This document shows, one piece after another, positions 28,572 to 43,031 of a stretch of 64,000 bases of DNA. The notes under the pieces were generated by a model. That model was not told where the DNA came from, did not search any database, and was given only the letters and a program-made list of their open reading frames with translations. The stretch comes from Eledone cirrhosa. Its lineage: Eukaryota. Position 1 is the stretch's first letter; every line of letters begins with the position of its first letter. The stretch is from positions 48,918,001 through 48,982,000 of the forward strand of contig OZ024742.1 in assembly GCA_964016885.1 (NCBI GenBank), read 5' to 3'. The translations under genes and the position numbers were made by a program.

Positions 28572-29465
28572 ATAATGATATAATTTATGTAATGATCTGT
28601 ATATATATATAGGAAAAGATCAGAACCCCGACGGCTGAGCTCCGGCCGTTTCGACAGTAAAATCCGCACTAAACCAGTAGTATTAGGTCGGCAGGAACCT
28701 GGCTATGGTACAGTCCATATATGGGCATGCAATCAAAACACAGTTGAAGTATCATATCAAACAGTCCTAAAAATTGTTGTTTTTCTTTTCTGTCAAAGGG
28801 AATGGTCAATGATTTTGATATATATATATTAACTAGCCGAATTACCCGCGCCTTGCTGTGTTTCACACTTTTCTTTTTTTTGTAAGAAAATGATGATTGA
28901 TTTTAAATCAGTGATGTTTTGCCATAGATGAAATGTCTAAATTTTACTTTAAAAGACAGGTGCTTTTTTTTGTTGATTTACGTTTAATCATAGTAGAAGT
29001 TCGTGAACAAACAAACAAACAAACAGACAGGAACAACTTTATATATATAGATGTGTACACAAGTAGCCGAAACATATTGTGAATACACATCTGACAGGAT
29101 TAACCGAGACAGTGAGTATGTATATGGAATATATAGATATGTAAACATGTCAAATTTACGTATTTCCATGAGGAGTGAAGAAACAACACCTTCTCTTGAT
29201 TTTCAACAAATCGGATGGTCTCATCAGGGCATGCCTATTTCACTTGTCACCCACAATAAAACGAAAGATGACCTTATAAAACCTAGCTAATATAGTTGTA
29301 ACTATAAAATGAACGTAGAGGTTGCGTTATTATTAGTGCTTATTATTATAAAGTACCAGTAATGCACTGGTTAATTGCTGGCCTTGTGCCAAAAGTAGAA
29401 ACAGTTATTATTAGTGCTTATTTTGATAGCTAGTTTCAACATAAATATACATATCTGTGTGTGTA

Positions 29466-29520
<55 letters not shown>

Positions 29521-29860
29521 ATGTATGTGTGTGTTTGTATGTGTGTGTATATGTATGTGTGGGTATGTGTATGTGTGTGTATATGTATGTGTGGGTATGT
29601 GTATGTGTGTGTATGCTTGTTTGCGTGTGTGCATAAATATATTTATATGCATAGATATTGCGTAGAGATTTGCACATCGGCTTGGGTGTATGTGAACGTA
29701 TGTGCATATGAGTGTGCGTGTGTGTATATGTATGTTTTTACGTGCGTCTGTGTGTAATAATAAAAAATATGGTTCACGAAAATTTCTAAAACTAGGAGAC
29801 CAGAGATAATAGAAGCAAATTGATTTACTAAAATGTAGGTTTGTAAAAAGTTGCTTTTTA

Positions 29861-29912
<52 letters not shown>

Positions 29913-30060
29913 ATGCTTTGGCAGGGTCATGTTGCCAATAAGAAACACACGCACCAGTTTCTTTCACTCCAAATTATTATACATTAAATTCATAAATTTA
30001 AGAATTTTTTAATTTCCGGTTGGTTAGTTGGTTCCATAAACGGACGGTTGATCATATTTC

Positions 30061-30103
30061 GTCAAAGTTCTTTCGTCACACATTCTGTGACTTCTTCAGT
30101 GAC
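30061..30103 (-). ncRNA. Hammerhead in the inverted pLTR of family B
   Basis: GTCA-CTGAAGA-A-GTCACA gaatg TGTGAC-GAAA-GAAC-TT-TGAC. Confidence 0.8.
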
Positions 30104-31097
30104 TGGGGATTCTTTTCTTGGGTTTTATGCCTCTCCTTTGTTCATCAATTACCTGTAGTAGACATAGATCTCTAGTTAGAAACCATTAATAACAAAAGAC
30201 AAATCCTCCATTCCAATTATGCCAAACCCATGACTTCCAAATATCTGATCCACAGAAACTCAGCTGTTTCGGATCACACCAAAATCAACATACTGATTGC
30301 GGATTTGCTACGGGTGATGAGAAACGTGTCCCGTATGTGCAACCCCAAAGAACTAGAGAGACACATACAACACATCATCCACGGTATGCAGTTCTCTGAT
30401 TACAATCACAGAGATAAAATCAGAGTATATAAACTTAATATTAAGATAGTAGAAAGACCAGGAACTTCCATAAAAACACTTATTAGCAATAGATACCCTT
30501 TTCAAAGAACTCCCTGTATAGATAAGAAGTGCATAATCTGTAAACTAAACCCCCATATTAACTGTAAAACTAAAAATGTAGTATATAGCATAAGTTGTAC
30601 TGAAGGACAATGTAAAGATAAGAATATAGTGTACATAGGTGAGACAGCTCGTAGTATAGGAGAACGGTTAAATGAACAATGGCGAGAACTTCAAGATAAA
30701 AAAGAATCATCAATATTCCACCAACATGCTAAAATAGACATAAGGGCAAATTAGAGAACATAGAAATAAAAATAGAATCTACACACAGAAAAGACGCAAT
30801 GTTTAGACAAATCACAGAGGCTATAAACATAAATGAACTCCAACCAAAATTAAATAGAAAACATGAATGGAATAGCAACAACACAACTTACAACTAAGGA
30901 CAAAATGAAAACACACACACACGTAGAACAAACAACCAACCAGTAACATGTAAATAAACAAATAAATAAACAAATAAACACCCGTATTCAGACACCCGGA
31001 TGTAACACATGCGCAAACTAAGCACACAACACACACAAAAACAAGATGGCGTAGGACAGAACAAAGGAGAGGCACAAAACAAATAAAAGAATCCGCA

Positions 31098-31140
31098 GTC
31101 ACTGAAGAGGTCACATAATGTGTGAGGAAAGAACTTTGAC
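31098..31140 (+). ncRNA. Hammerhead in the 5' pLTR of family B
   Basis: GTCA-CTGAAGA-GGTCACA taatg TGTGAG-GAAA-GAAC-TT-TGAC. Confidence 0.75.
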
Positions 31141-31274
31141 AATATATGAACAACCGTCCGGTTATGGAACCATCCAACCAACCAACCGGAAATTTATAAA
31201 TTCTTAAATTTATAAATTTAATTTATAATAAATTGGAGTGAAAGCAACTGGTGCGTGTGTTTCTTATTGGTAAC

Positions 31275-34200
31275 ATGACCCTCCCAAAGCATAACAATAT
31301 CGGTTTCAACACACGTTTTCAGATAAAGAATCTTGCTAAACAAATTTAGAAACGAAATATCGTAATCCTTAGTCAGGCTAACAAGATACTGAAAACCACC
31401 ATGTTCTGTTGTCTACGAAAAACTATAACATCTCAACAACTACACTTCATAAAAGAATGTGCTTCGTCCCGAGTTTACACCAACACCATCAACACCGATG
31501 TAAGAAGATTACAACTTTCCAAAAAGCAAGCAGATAGGCTAAAACGAACACTAATGCTAAACATTAAAAAAAAGATTTACAGAAAATTAAGTCATAAAGA
31601 AAAACATAAGCGTAACATAATACAAGAAATAAGTAAGATCACCACACCAAGAGAAAAATTAATATAGATAAACCTTATATGTCTCGAAGAAAAGTACATT
31701 GTTCAAGATTGTGACAAACACTTTAACAAGAAATTAAGGTGGCTCAAACGGATGAGACTAAACCAAGAAACTTCAGAGAATAGAGATAAATATCCAGACA
31801 AAATTGATGGTATAAACATTGCCGACATCTCATTAACAGATGAATTCAACAACAACACAAATATATACGGCAACACTACAGTCGACTCTGATGATTTATC
31901 GATATTACAGCTACCACCTAAATATACCACATATAATGAGGTAAATATGATAAAATGCTGGTCAGAAATAGAAAAATCATTTACAAAATTACGTTTGAGC
32001 CTCAAAACCAAAAACAAAAGTAACAACATACGCACACACACACATACAACACACATCCCAACAACAACAGACACACAGACACAAACAACGATAACAGCAA
32101 CAACACACACATCAACAATAATAACATACTCAGAAACAACAACAACAGACACACAGACACAAACAACAATAACAACAACACACACAACAATAATAACATA
32201 CACGGAGACAACATAACAACAACACACATCAACAACAGCACACACACATTCTATGCCTCTCACCACCACCACAATCTTAACAAACACACAGACACAGAAA
32301 ACAGGTAATGACGGTAACACAGAAGTAAGGGAAGGTGATGGGATTGAAAGGAGAAGGGAAACTATCGATACTGACAGAGAAAATAACCAGGATGAACACA
32401 CAGACTCACAAAATAGAGTAGATAATAACAATGAGCCAGAGGGAAGAGACAGGAGTAATAATGAGAGACATAGAAACAAACATGAGGCTGTTGGTAGAAA
32501 TAGAAATAGAAACAACACAACTAACAATAGCAATAGTACACATAAAGCAGCAGCCTGGAATTCTACTTTTTATAATCCTTCCAATATGTCCTTCGACCTA
32601 CAACGAGTCCGCGCCATGACTTTAGCTTTTAACAAACGCACGCAATTGCCGTCGCAGGTCGATGAACAAACAGAAGCACAATTTAGTATAGCTAGATCTG
32701 AACTGAGAAATATTATAGAACAGTATAGCAAGAAGCAAAATAGAATGGAGGCCCAGCAACTGGGAGAAAAATCTGCAAATCGCTTGCTTAAGCTCATGCA
32801 GCGCTCGCCTAGTGGAAAGAGTGCCTGCTTTCCAACAGACAAGTCTGGCAGAATTTCGTTGACAGTCTGTCAAACTACATCCAGGCAATGCAACCCCACA
32901 TCACTAACACAAGAGAAGTAACACCACAAGATCATGAGGATAGGGAGAAAACCCTCAATGGCCATATGATGATGTGGACAAACATAATGCAGCCCAATAA
33001 AAGAACGGCCAACAAATTCCAGGCCTGGAACAATGACGTGCCAGCGTTGTATGGGCTTCAAAAAGACCATAAAACGAGCAGTGACCCTGTCACAGGGCCA
33101 CCAATACGGCCAGTCTGAGGAGCTAACATTGCTAGTAAATACAGAGTTTCCTACTTCCTCTCCCTGATCATACGCCCCCATCATTGAAATGTCCCCAGAT
33201 ATATGTGACAACACGGAGGACCTCCTCAGCAGAATCAGCGAAAATAACCGATCTAGGGACCTAACAAACTGTATAATAGGTAGTATGGATGTTGTGTCCC
33301 TATATCCATCCATTGACGTGGATTTTGCTGTGGAGAAATGCGTAGAAATGATCAGTGAGAGCAATGTTGAATTCTGTGGGATTGATACCAATGAGCTGGG
33401 ACACCTACTTAAACTTATCCATAGTAATGATTATCTAGATACTTATGACCTTAGAAACCTGTGCCTTACAAGACCAGCAAGAGGCAGACCACCTACTATT
33501 ACCTCAATGGCCAAGAAAACCCACACAGAGATGGAACGTGTGGACCAGAGCCATACGGACCCCCGAAAACTACGATGAACTAAAGAAAATGATTGCTCAT
33601 GAGGTGGGGGCCAGTATAAAATTAACCCTGTTCAAATTTAATGAAAAACATATGCCCAAGAGGAGGGAGCAGCTATTGGTGTTAGCATTGCAGGTGACAA
33701 AGCTAACCTATTCATGGTATGGTTGGACAATAAACTTAAAGAACAATTAGCAGACAACAACCTCTTAACCCTGATTATGTACTCCCGGTACGTTGATGAT
33801 ATAAACATCGTAGTAAAAACACTCCCACTAGAGAACAATCAGGAATTAGAGAAAAACACCACGGAAAGCATCCAGTAAATAGCTAACTCCACCCACCAGA
33901 GTATTAGAGTTACGATAGACTACCCAAGCGAACACCCCAACCATCGATTACCTGTACTAGACACAGAGCTCTGGTTAGAAACCATTAATTCCATTCCCAT
34001 TATGCCAAATCCATGACTTCCAAATATCTGATCCACCGAAACTCAGCTGTTTCGGATCACACCAAAATCAACATACTGATTGCGGATTTGGTGCGGGTGA
34101 TGAGAAACGTGTCCCGCATGTGCAACCCCAAAGAACTATAGAGACACATACAACACTTCATCCACCGTATGCAGTTCTCTCGTTACAATGAGAGATATAA

Positions 34201-34891
34201 AATCAGAGTATATAGAGGAGCCAGAACCGAATGGAAAAAATGGTAAATAATGATACAAATGGGACCTGCCGTTTGTATAGGAGCAAATTTTGGAATAGAA
34301 TAGAACGAACTAGGAATAAGGTTAATAGAATAAACTCATGGTATGATAGCAATAAATACCAGAGTGCAATGTTCATCAATACCACCCTTAGAGGTGAATT
34401 AGCTAACAAATTTAGAAGGGTCCTAGATAAAAATAAACTTAAAATTAAGATACTAGAAAGACCAGGTACCTCCATAAAAACACTTATTAGCATTACATAA
34501 CCTTTTCAAATACCTCCCTGTATAGATAAGAAATGCATAATATGTAAACTAAACCCCCATAATAACTGTAAAACTAGAAATGTAGTATATAGCATAAGAT
34601 GTACTGAAGGACAATGTAAAGATAAGAATTTAGTGTATATAGGTGAGACAGCTCATAGTATAGGAGAACGGTTAAAAGAACACTGGCGAGAACTTCAAGA
34701 TAAAAAAAGAATCATCAATATTCCACCAACATGCTAAAATAGACCATAAGGGCAAATTAGAGACCATAGAAATGAAAATAGAATCTACACACAGAAAAGA
34801 CAATAAATGTGAGGCAATAAACATAAATGAACTCCGACCAAAATTAAATAGAAAACATGAATGGAATAGCAGCATCATAACTTACAATTAA
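31275..34891 (+). pseudogene. Disrupted PLE ORF (N-terminus, RT, GIY-YIG)
   Basis: Starts MTLPKHNN inside the pLTR; PTDKSG, LYGLQKDHK, PPIRPV, SMDVVSLYPSI, AIGVSIAG, RYVDDINIV, LPVLDTELW, NVVYSI.C..YIGETAHSIGERLKEH; several stops and frameshifts. Confidence 0.9.
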
Positions 34892-35091
34892 GGACAAAAT
34901 GAAAACACACACACACGTAGAACAAACAACCAACCAGTAACATGAAAATAAACAAATAAATAAACAAATAAACACCCGTATTCAGACACCCGTATGTAAC
35001 ACATGCGCAAACTAAGCACACAACACACACAAAAACAAGATGGCGTAGGACAGAACAAAGGAGAGGCACAAAACAAAGAAAAGAATGCCCA

Positions 35092-35134
35092 GTCACTGAA
35101 GAGTTCACATAATGTGTGGCGAAAGGACTTTGAC
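35092..35134 (+). ncRNA. Hammerhead in the 3' pLTR of family B
   Basis: GTCA-CTGAAGA-GTTCACA taatg TGTGGC-GAAA-GGAC-TT-TGAC. Confidence 0.78.
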
Positions 35135-35355
35135 AATATATGAACAACCGTCCGATTATGGAACCAACCAACCGGAAATTTATAAATTCTTAAATTTATG
35201 AATTTAATTTATAATAAATTGGAGTGAAAGCTGATGGTGCGTGTGTTTCTTATTGGCAACATGACCCTCCCAAAGCATAACAATATCGGTTTCAACACAC
35301 GTTTTCAGATAAAGAATCTTGCTAAACAAATTCAGAAACGATATATATATATATG

Positions 35356-35445
<90 letters not shown>

Positions 35446-35449
<4 letters not shown>

Positions 35450-35594
35450 TGAGATTCTACAGGACTAGAACTGTTTCATTCATTAGAAATCATCTTTAGT
35501 CCTGTAGAATCTCATCTATATTAAAACTGTTATACTCTGCTATGTATTGAGTACCTTACTTACTGTGGTTACCTCCGATTCAACCCGGAATAAC

Positions 35595-35597
<3 letters not shown>
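35446..35597 (+). mobile_element. Short pLTR-like repeat with fold-back and truncated hammerhead
   Basis: Minus strand GATGA-TTTC taat GAAT-GAAA-CAG..CTG-TA-GAAT; tail tgttatactctgctatgtattgagtacc...cccggaataacg recurs at 21590-21658 and 43232-43340(-). Confidence 0.7.
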
Positions 35598-35664
<67 letters not shown>

Positions 35665-35690
35665 AGTATGCATGTATATATATATATGTG

Positions 35691-35763
<73 letters not shown>

Positions 35764-35800
35764 ATATATATATATGATGTATAAAAATCAATACAATATA

Positions 35801-35878
35801 ATTACCTCATTACCAGAGGTTTCCCGAATGAGGCGAATACGAAAGAAACGTCTTCATTCGTTCGTCAGACGAGGCAAT
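35801..35878 (-). ncRNA. Type I hammerhead ribozyme, well preserved
   Basis: ATTGCCTCGT-CTGACGA-A CGAATGA..TCATTCG G-GAAA-CC tct GG-TA-ATGAGGTAAT; 10-bp stem I, GUA triplet. Confidence 0.85.
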
Positions 35879-35963
35879 ATAAAACATGGCTAAATACTTG
35901 GAAATTCGCATCAAGAAATACTTATATATATATATATGTATATATATCTATATATATATATAA

Positions 35964-36006
<43 letters not shown>

Positions 36007-36011
<5 letters not shown>

Positions 36012-36293
36012 AAAAAGAGATGAAATCGAAGATGCAACTGAAGTCTTATTTTTTTTTTAAATATATATATTTACTTGGTTCCTTTACCGGTTTCGCAGTT
36101 CTTCTGCTTTTCAAAAGGTGAGTTGAGATGGAGGGTCTGTGGTTTTTCTGAAAAAACCACAGACCCTCCATCTCAACTCACCTTTTGAAAAGCAGAAGAA
36201 CTGCGAAACCGGTAAAGGAACCAAATAAATATATATATATTTTTTTTAAATAAGACTTCAGTTGCATCTTCGATTTCATCTCTTTTTCTTTAT
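36007..36293. repeat. Near-perfect fold-back with two opposed hammerhead-like motifs (36081-36118 -, 36181-36218 +)
   Basis: CCTT-TTGAAAA-GCAG aagaa CTGC-GAAA-CCGG-TA-AAGG in both arms; the core differs from CTGANGA at C3 and G8. Confidence 0.8.
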
Positions 36294-36351
36294 ACTTCCA
36301 CTCGTGTAGGACACCTCGGTTATTTTTCACTTTGTAAAAAAAAAACCTCAC

Positions 36352-36404
<53 letters not shown>

Positions 36405-36640
36405 TATATAGATATATAGATATAGATATATAGGAACGAGTAGGACCCCGACGACTGAGCTCAAGGCGTTTCGGCGGCTAATTCTGGACTAGCCGTCGAA
36501 TTAGCCGTCGAAACGGCTTGAGCTCAGCCGTCGGGGACCTACTCGTTCCTATTACCCACTCTACTACCCTAAGTACTGAGTACTTTGGTCCGTTATGGTC
36601 CATCTGGTTCCTTACCACATTTCCTTCGTTATATATATAT

Positions 36641-36697
<57 letters not shown>

Positions 36698-37212
36698 CGG
36701 AGAGAGAGAGAGAGAGATCCGAACACACTTGTACAAACAAACACTCTCCTCCTCGTACACAATCATCCCTCTATAAACACATATAGAAAGTTAAACCGTA
36801 AGATAGAATGATTTAACTGTAATCAATATAGTGTGTCTGAAATGTTTCTATTATTCTATGTGTATTCCGGAATGTGATATAGACTGTTTGCCGGAGAGTT
36901 CCTATTACATAACATATAGTGAGATTCATTTGAAGCCGATTCAGTATTTTTCTTTCTGTCTGTTTTATTGATATTTTTCGTAGATTTATTTTAGTTCATT
37001 TTTGCTGCAATTTTTTCATTACATAAATTTCTTTGTGATTGTAACTCAATAATAAGCTTTACTGCACAAAATGGCGTCATTCGCAACTAAAATGCACCAC
37101 CATCTGACTTTTATAGTCTCTGTGTATGTAAGTATATACACACAAACAGACACACAGACACACATACACACAGAAATATATATACACACAAACAGACACA
37201 CATATACACAGA

Positions 37213-37302
<90 letters not shown>

Positions 37303-38335
37303 GACAGATAGATAGATATATAGATATATATCTATGTTTGTGTATATATAAATACACAAATATAGGTATATATCTATATATCTGTCTTTATATATATATA
37401 TGTGTGTTTGTATATATATATATGTCTGTGTATATGTGTGTCTTTGCGTCTGTTTGTGTATATATATTTGTGTTTGTATGTGTGTCTATAAATATATAAA
37501 TATACTTGTATACATGTGTACATATATATATAGATATATATAGATATATATGTATGTATGTATATAGAGAGAGAGGTTTAGAGAGTTTTGCTCTCCCCAA
37601 ACTCTCCTTCACTCTGCGCTGTGCCTTGTCATCCTCATGCAGATCGCCTCATCAATGTATATATGTGTGATATGTGTGTCTGTGTGTCTGTGTGTATTTG
37701 TGTGTATGTTATCTATACGTGTTTGTGAATGTGTGCCTCTATATGCTAATATCTGATATTCTTTAGGTCATACAAGTTGGTACAAAATACTGTATTATTT
37801 TATACATGTGTAAAAGTCTCTGTGCTTCCTAAGCAAAAATATTATATACCATGTGTATTAAAGCAGGGATAATGGCCTAGTAAACACGTTTGATTCGTCA
37901 GCAATTGCTTCTGTGTTTTAACATATTACGCGATACCTTTGTTAACGGATATAATTGTAGCCTCATGTTGACTAATGCCTATAGTGAAATATGTTACACT
38001 TGGGAAATATGTAGAAGACGTTGAGGAATGCGTGTGTCTACGTGTATGAATATGTAAGTGGGTGCTCTTACTTTGAGCCTTATAAACCTGTGCATTCAAT
38101 TTGTGTCACTTATGAGAAATAATTGTTTTTAAATTAGGCACAAAACCAACAATTTGATGGGAAGGGAAAAGGCGTTTACGTCGACCTAGTACTTACGGGT
38201 GCTTTATCTTATTGCACTCGTAAGGATGAAAGTGAAATCTAACGTTGACGGGAATTTTTAATCAGAACATAAATAGTTGGGGAGGACAAATACTGCTAAG
38301 GATTTCTCCGACGTTTCAATAATGTTGCCAACCCA

Positions 38336-38411
<76 letters not shown>

Positions 38412-38641
38412 TACATATATATATCCACCAATATATATATATATAAACATATATACATATATCTATATATATATTAGTAAAAAGGAAAAGAAAATGCTGA
38501 CAAATGTTTCCCACTGACAATAGTTTAATTAGGAATAAGTATAAATTAGTAATAAATATTAGTTAGTATTCAGTTTTAGTTTTAAGTTTTTACCGGTTGC
38601 GCATTTCTTATGCTTTTCAAAAAATTTTGAGATACAGTGCT

Positions 38642-38770
<129 letters not shown>

Positions 38771-39941
38771 TGTGTCTGTGTCTGTGTGTGTGTGTGTGTA
38801 TGTGTAGGTAGGAATATAGACTGGTATGAATGTATGTATTCTTTCTTAATTTTGAGATTATTTTTGATCTGCTAACTTCCCGATGTCAAGATTATAAAGT
38901 AAGGAAATTGTCGTTTCTTGTGAAAGCGTTCATCCTTTGAATCTTAATGTTTAACCAATTTTGAAGGACTGGATATCTTGGTTGTTTGTAACTTATGAAT
39001 TAAGGGGCCAAGTTGTTTCTCAAGAAATCCAAACTCAGTTATACATTGGCCCAGTGGGGCTGATATATAACATTTAGCGCCAATATTGACGGGTATGAAC
39101 CTGAACGTGTGTCTTGGATACTGGATCTACAAACTCCTCATCAAAAGTCCGTATGTATCCTCCATAATTTGCATTTTAAATTCATTGACATCGTGTGGGC
39201 AGCTGAATTCCACAACACAGCATGTTTTTATTTATTTATAATTAATTAATTTAAAGGTCCGTATAGAGTTAGTACGCAATGATAGATTAAGGGAAGTATC
39301 TCGTGTTTCTGACAGTCGAGAAACGAAAAAAAAATATAGATAAGTGAATTTAAAAATAAAATTACAGTTTAAAAATATAAAATAAAATAACAATATTAAA
39401 TAAGGCCTACGAGAGGAAAAAATAAGCATTAAAAAAATCAAGAAAAAATTGAATGTAAGGGAAGCTGTAAATCAGTGAGGAGGTTCTATTGGTGAATCTT
39501 ATCGTAGCCTCCATGTACACGAAGATTTTGTTTATAGTTGGAAGATCTTTTACAATATATTGTATCCTCAATCTTAGTACCTTTTTAATAATTAGCTTTA
39601 AGATATCGTCTCTCTCAGCTTAGTGTTTTCATTGGAACAAATAAAGACAAAGATTCTGGGAAGTCACCTCAAGAACATAGTTCGACATGAAACGTAATTC
39701 AATCGTATATGTCGAGTTCGAAGCCAGCATAGTCTTTTTTTTTGTGTATTAACATTGCTCAATGCCTGATATATTTTTAAATGTTGTCTGATCTGGTTGA
39801 GAAATTAGAGGGTTGAAATTTGAGAGGTTATCTCTAGATTCTTTTCCAAATGTTTCCCAATCTTGACTAATTAATTATTTTTAATGATTTCAATTCCGAT
39901 AGATGTAGTCTATATCTCTGATTATCCTATGTACTCCATCC

Positions 39942-40010
39942 TTTTGCAGTTCATCTGCTTTCCTATTTCCTCTAATATCTCTATGGCCTAATATCCAAAT
40001 CAATATATTT
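39942..40010 (-). mobile_element. LINE RNase H fragment (I/R1-type)
   Basis: Translates to ILIWILGHRDIRGNRKADELQ, matching WxPGHxGIxGNExADxLA. Confidence 0.7.
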
Positions 40011-40199
40011 GTTTATTATTCTCTGAGAGGTAATTATCCATTATTAACATTGAGTACTCTCAATATATCTAAACGATCCTACTTCGTGGAAGTAGAAATT
40101 GTGTCCCCACAAAACCAGTTGCCGTACAAAAAATTGAGCGTTCATGACTCACTTATTTGTATGACTCCATTTTAAAGTATTTATATGTTAGACAATGGA

Positions 40200-40490
40200 A
40201 TTTCGTTGAAATATTTTTTATTACATGCCATGTTGAGGTCAATAATGTCAGTGTGTGGTTGAAATGAGTTTCCCATTTCAAGTCCGATTGTAACCAAATA
40301 CCTAGGATATTTATGGATGTTTGGGATATCAGTAGTTGTTTCATTAAGTATATTTCATCAGATTGATAACTGATAGTTTCAGGATTATTGGAAGGAATCA
40401 ATTGTGTTTTAGAGGGATCAAATTGTTGACGCTTTTCTTTTCCCCATTTAGTTGTAGTTGATAGGGCTGTGCATAATTTTGTTTTGTTGT
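40200..40490 (-). mobile_element. LINE RT C-terminal fragment (CR1/L2/Jockey-like)
   Basis: KWG...FDPSKTQLI...INILGIWLQSDLKWETH. Confidence 0.7.
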
Positions 40491-40554
40491 TGTTGATACT
40501 AGATGAGGTATATATGCTGATATGTATGCATGTATGTATATATGTATATATGTG

Positions 40555-41103
40555 TGGTTGCCGGTTTAGTCGTCGACGACCCTTACTTGGTGAGGAGGGT
40601 AATTTTGGACATCCTGCAGGACAAAAAACATAACCTGACAAATGGCGGAAGAACCCATAAGAGTCAACGAAGGTTTGTAAATATGTATATACATATGTAC
40701 AGATGTATGTATATGTGTATATACATGGGTGCATGTGTATGTATATGCGCGGGGACATAGAAATAGTCGGGCTGGACACCCGATCGCGCGGTTAAACCAC
40801 TGGGAGTGAAGAACCCTTAGCCTTTGTCAGGGCATACTTCTAGGAGAAGGCAACTCAGGAAACTGGGATAACTCCGATATAAAACCTGCGGCTCAGTAGT
40901 TACCGATGATGTTGATCTTTTCTTCTTTTCGGGTTATAGCTACTGTCGCTCAGAGAGTGGGATTGGTTCAGTGCACAGTCTTTCCTCACTTTAAAAGATA
41001 TCTTCACGCACAGGCATTGCACGATAGAATTAATTAATAATTATTAATAATGGTATTTCTTACAATGGCCATACTAGATAACGAGGGGACAGCCATCATC
41101 ATG

Positions 41104-41137
<34 letters not shown>

Positions 41138-41207
41138 TGTATGTATGTATGTATGTATATGGATATAAAGTAGTGGCCGTACTCGAAAACGAGTTGGCAG
41201 CCACCAT
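40555..41207 (+). mobile_element. Non-autonomous LINE-derived element pieces in (TATG)n
   Basis: Homology to 58453-59057(-), including ccttagcctttgtc..ctaggagaagg and the 3' end ggccgtactcgaaaacgagttggcagccaccatg. Confidence 0.6.
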
Positions 41208-41435
41208 GTATGTATGTATGTATGTATGTATGTATGGATGGATGGATGGATGGATGGATGGATGGATGGATGGATGGATATATGTGTGTGCGAGTGTGTG
41301 CGTATGCATGTTTATATGTATATGTGTATGGAGTTAATTATAAAACCGTAAAAAAGTATTCTACATTTTCTTCTGGTGGCTTATTATATTTAAACTAGCT
41401 GTCATTGTTTCTCTCTATACTTTCTCTCTCTTGCT

Positions 41436-41491
<56 letters not shown>

Positions 41492-41566
41492 CAAAATGAC
41501 AAACAAACAAACGCAGGAGTCAATAGTACATAGTGTTATTAGCTTCACATGGAGAGAGAGAGGGAG

Positions 41567-41646
<80 letters not shown>

Positions 41647-41975
41647 AAGAGAGAGAAAGAGAGAGAAAGAGTTGTTTATATACATATATATATATGCACA
41701 TATAAACACCCAAACACATACACGTACATATACACTCACACATATATGCACACGTATATTCGTGCATGAATGTAAACACTTGGGTCTATTTAAGTGAAAA
41801 TAAACACATATATCACTTATTCTATACAATTAGAGTCATTTATGTATTTTTTGGCGTTGTTGTATCCTGCTGGATAGTATGTATATATATATATATTTAT
41901 ACTGCTTATGTCGGTCATTTTGTTTTCTTTTGTTTATATACATACATTATATGCATATAAATATATATATATATA

Positions 41976-42017
<42 letters not shown>

Positions 42018-43031
42018 GAGAGATGTATGCAAATATGTGTGTGTGTGTCTGGCGATATTTATAAACATTTGAGACATCAAAAGTACTTAATGTGTATGGA
42101 CAAACATGTCGGTGTATAGCTGACGTGAACTGTTTATCGGTTTGAGTAATAATACTTATGGTGGTGCAAGCTATGTTGGGTGGCACGGGTATCTCCACAG
42201 GAGGAAGGCATGATGGTAGAAGTGGTAATAAGTATGGCGGTACAGACGTTGTTGTGACTCACTTGCTATATTCATGGTGAAGATGGTATAATAGTCATGG
42301 TAATATAAATATTCCGAAGCTGAGGTTCTTGTGCAACAAGGACTTCAGGATAAATATAGGATGTTAATAGGTATTCTGATGGAGAAAATAACGAGGCTGA
42401 GGTGCATTATCCGGAGTGTTGGAAGACCTTTCTAACCGTTGAAGTAACAAACAAATCTGCCAACGTCTCTCCTCTTTCCGCAGGCGATTTCTCTCATCTT
42501 CTTTTGTTAAGTAGTTTATATATATATATATATATAGTATACAAATATAGTCGAAGAGAATCGGCATAACCACGGTCGCTTCCTCCCCACAACTAATATC
42601 ACTAACATCCCCTCAACCCCACGCACACGAACACACACCATCACACACACACCCACACCTAAGTACACCACCCACTCCACACAGCCAAACACCACTAACC
42701 CCACTTACACACCCGCATTCAACCCTTTTGCCACCCCCAGTAATACTAACACCCCCTTTACCACACACACACTCATCCAAACACGCACACACACACCAGG
42801 ACACTACACTCCCTCTCCCTCTCCCCGCTCCTTATTTATATCTTTATATTTTCTATTTTCTTATTTTCTTACTTTTTTAATGTATCCTATCTTATATTTT
42901 GCTTTTTACTTTTTACATCTGTAACTTCTCTACTTATTTACCATATATATTTTATTATTGATGTTATTGTTTTGATTGTACGCTATTATTCTATATAAAT
43001 CTTGCCTCGAATGAATTATTTTTATATGTAC

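Larger units (their letters stand above)
29907..35340 (+). mobile_element. PLE family B: inverted pLTR (29907-30144), deleted partial tandem copy (30145-31350) and full-length unit to 35340; possibly Nematis clade
   Basis: pLTR 30850-31355 repeated at 34835-35340 and inverted at 29907-30144; flanked by (TA)n on both sides. Confidence 0.93.

Noticed and set aside
31703-32533. 276 aa hydrophobic minus-strand ORF
   Set aside because: Antisense shadow of the Thr/Asn-rich PLE region
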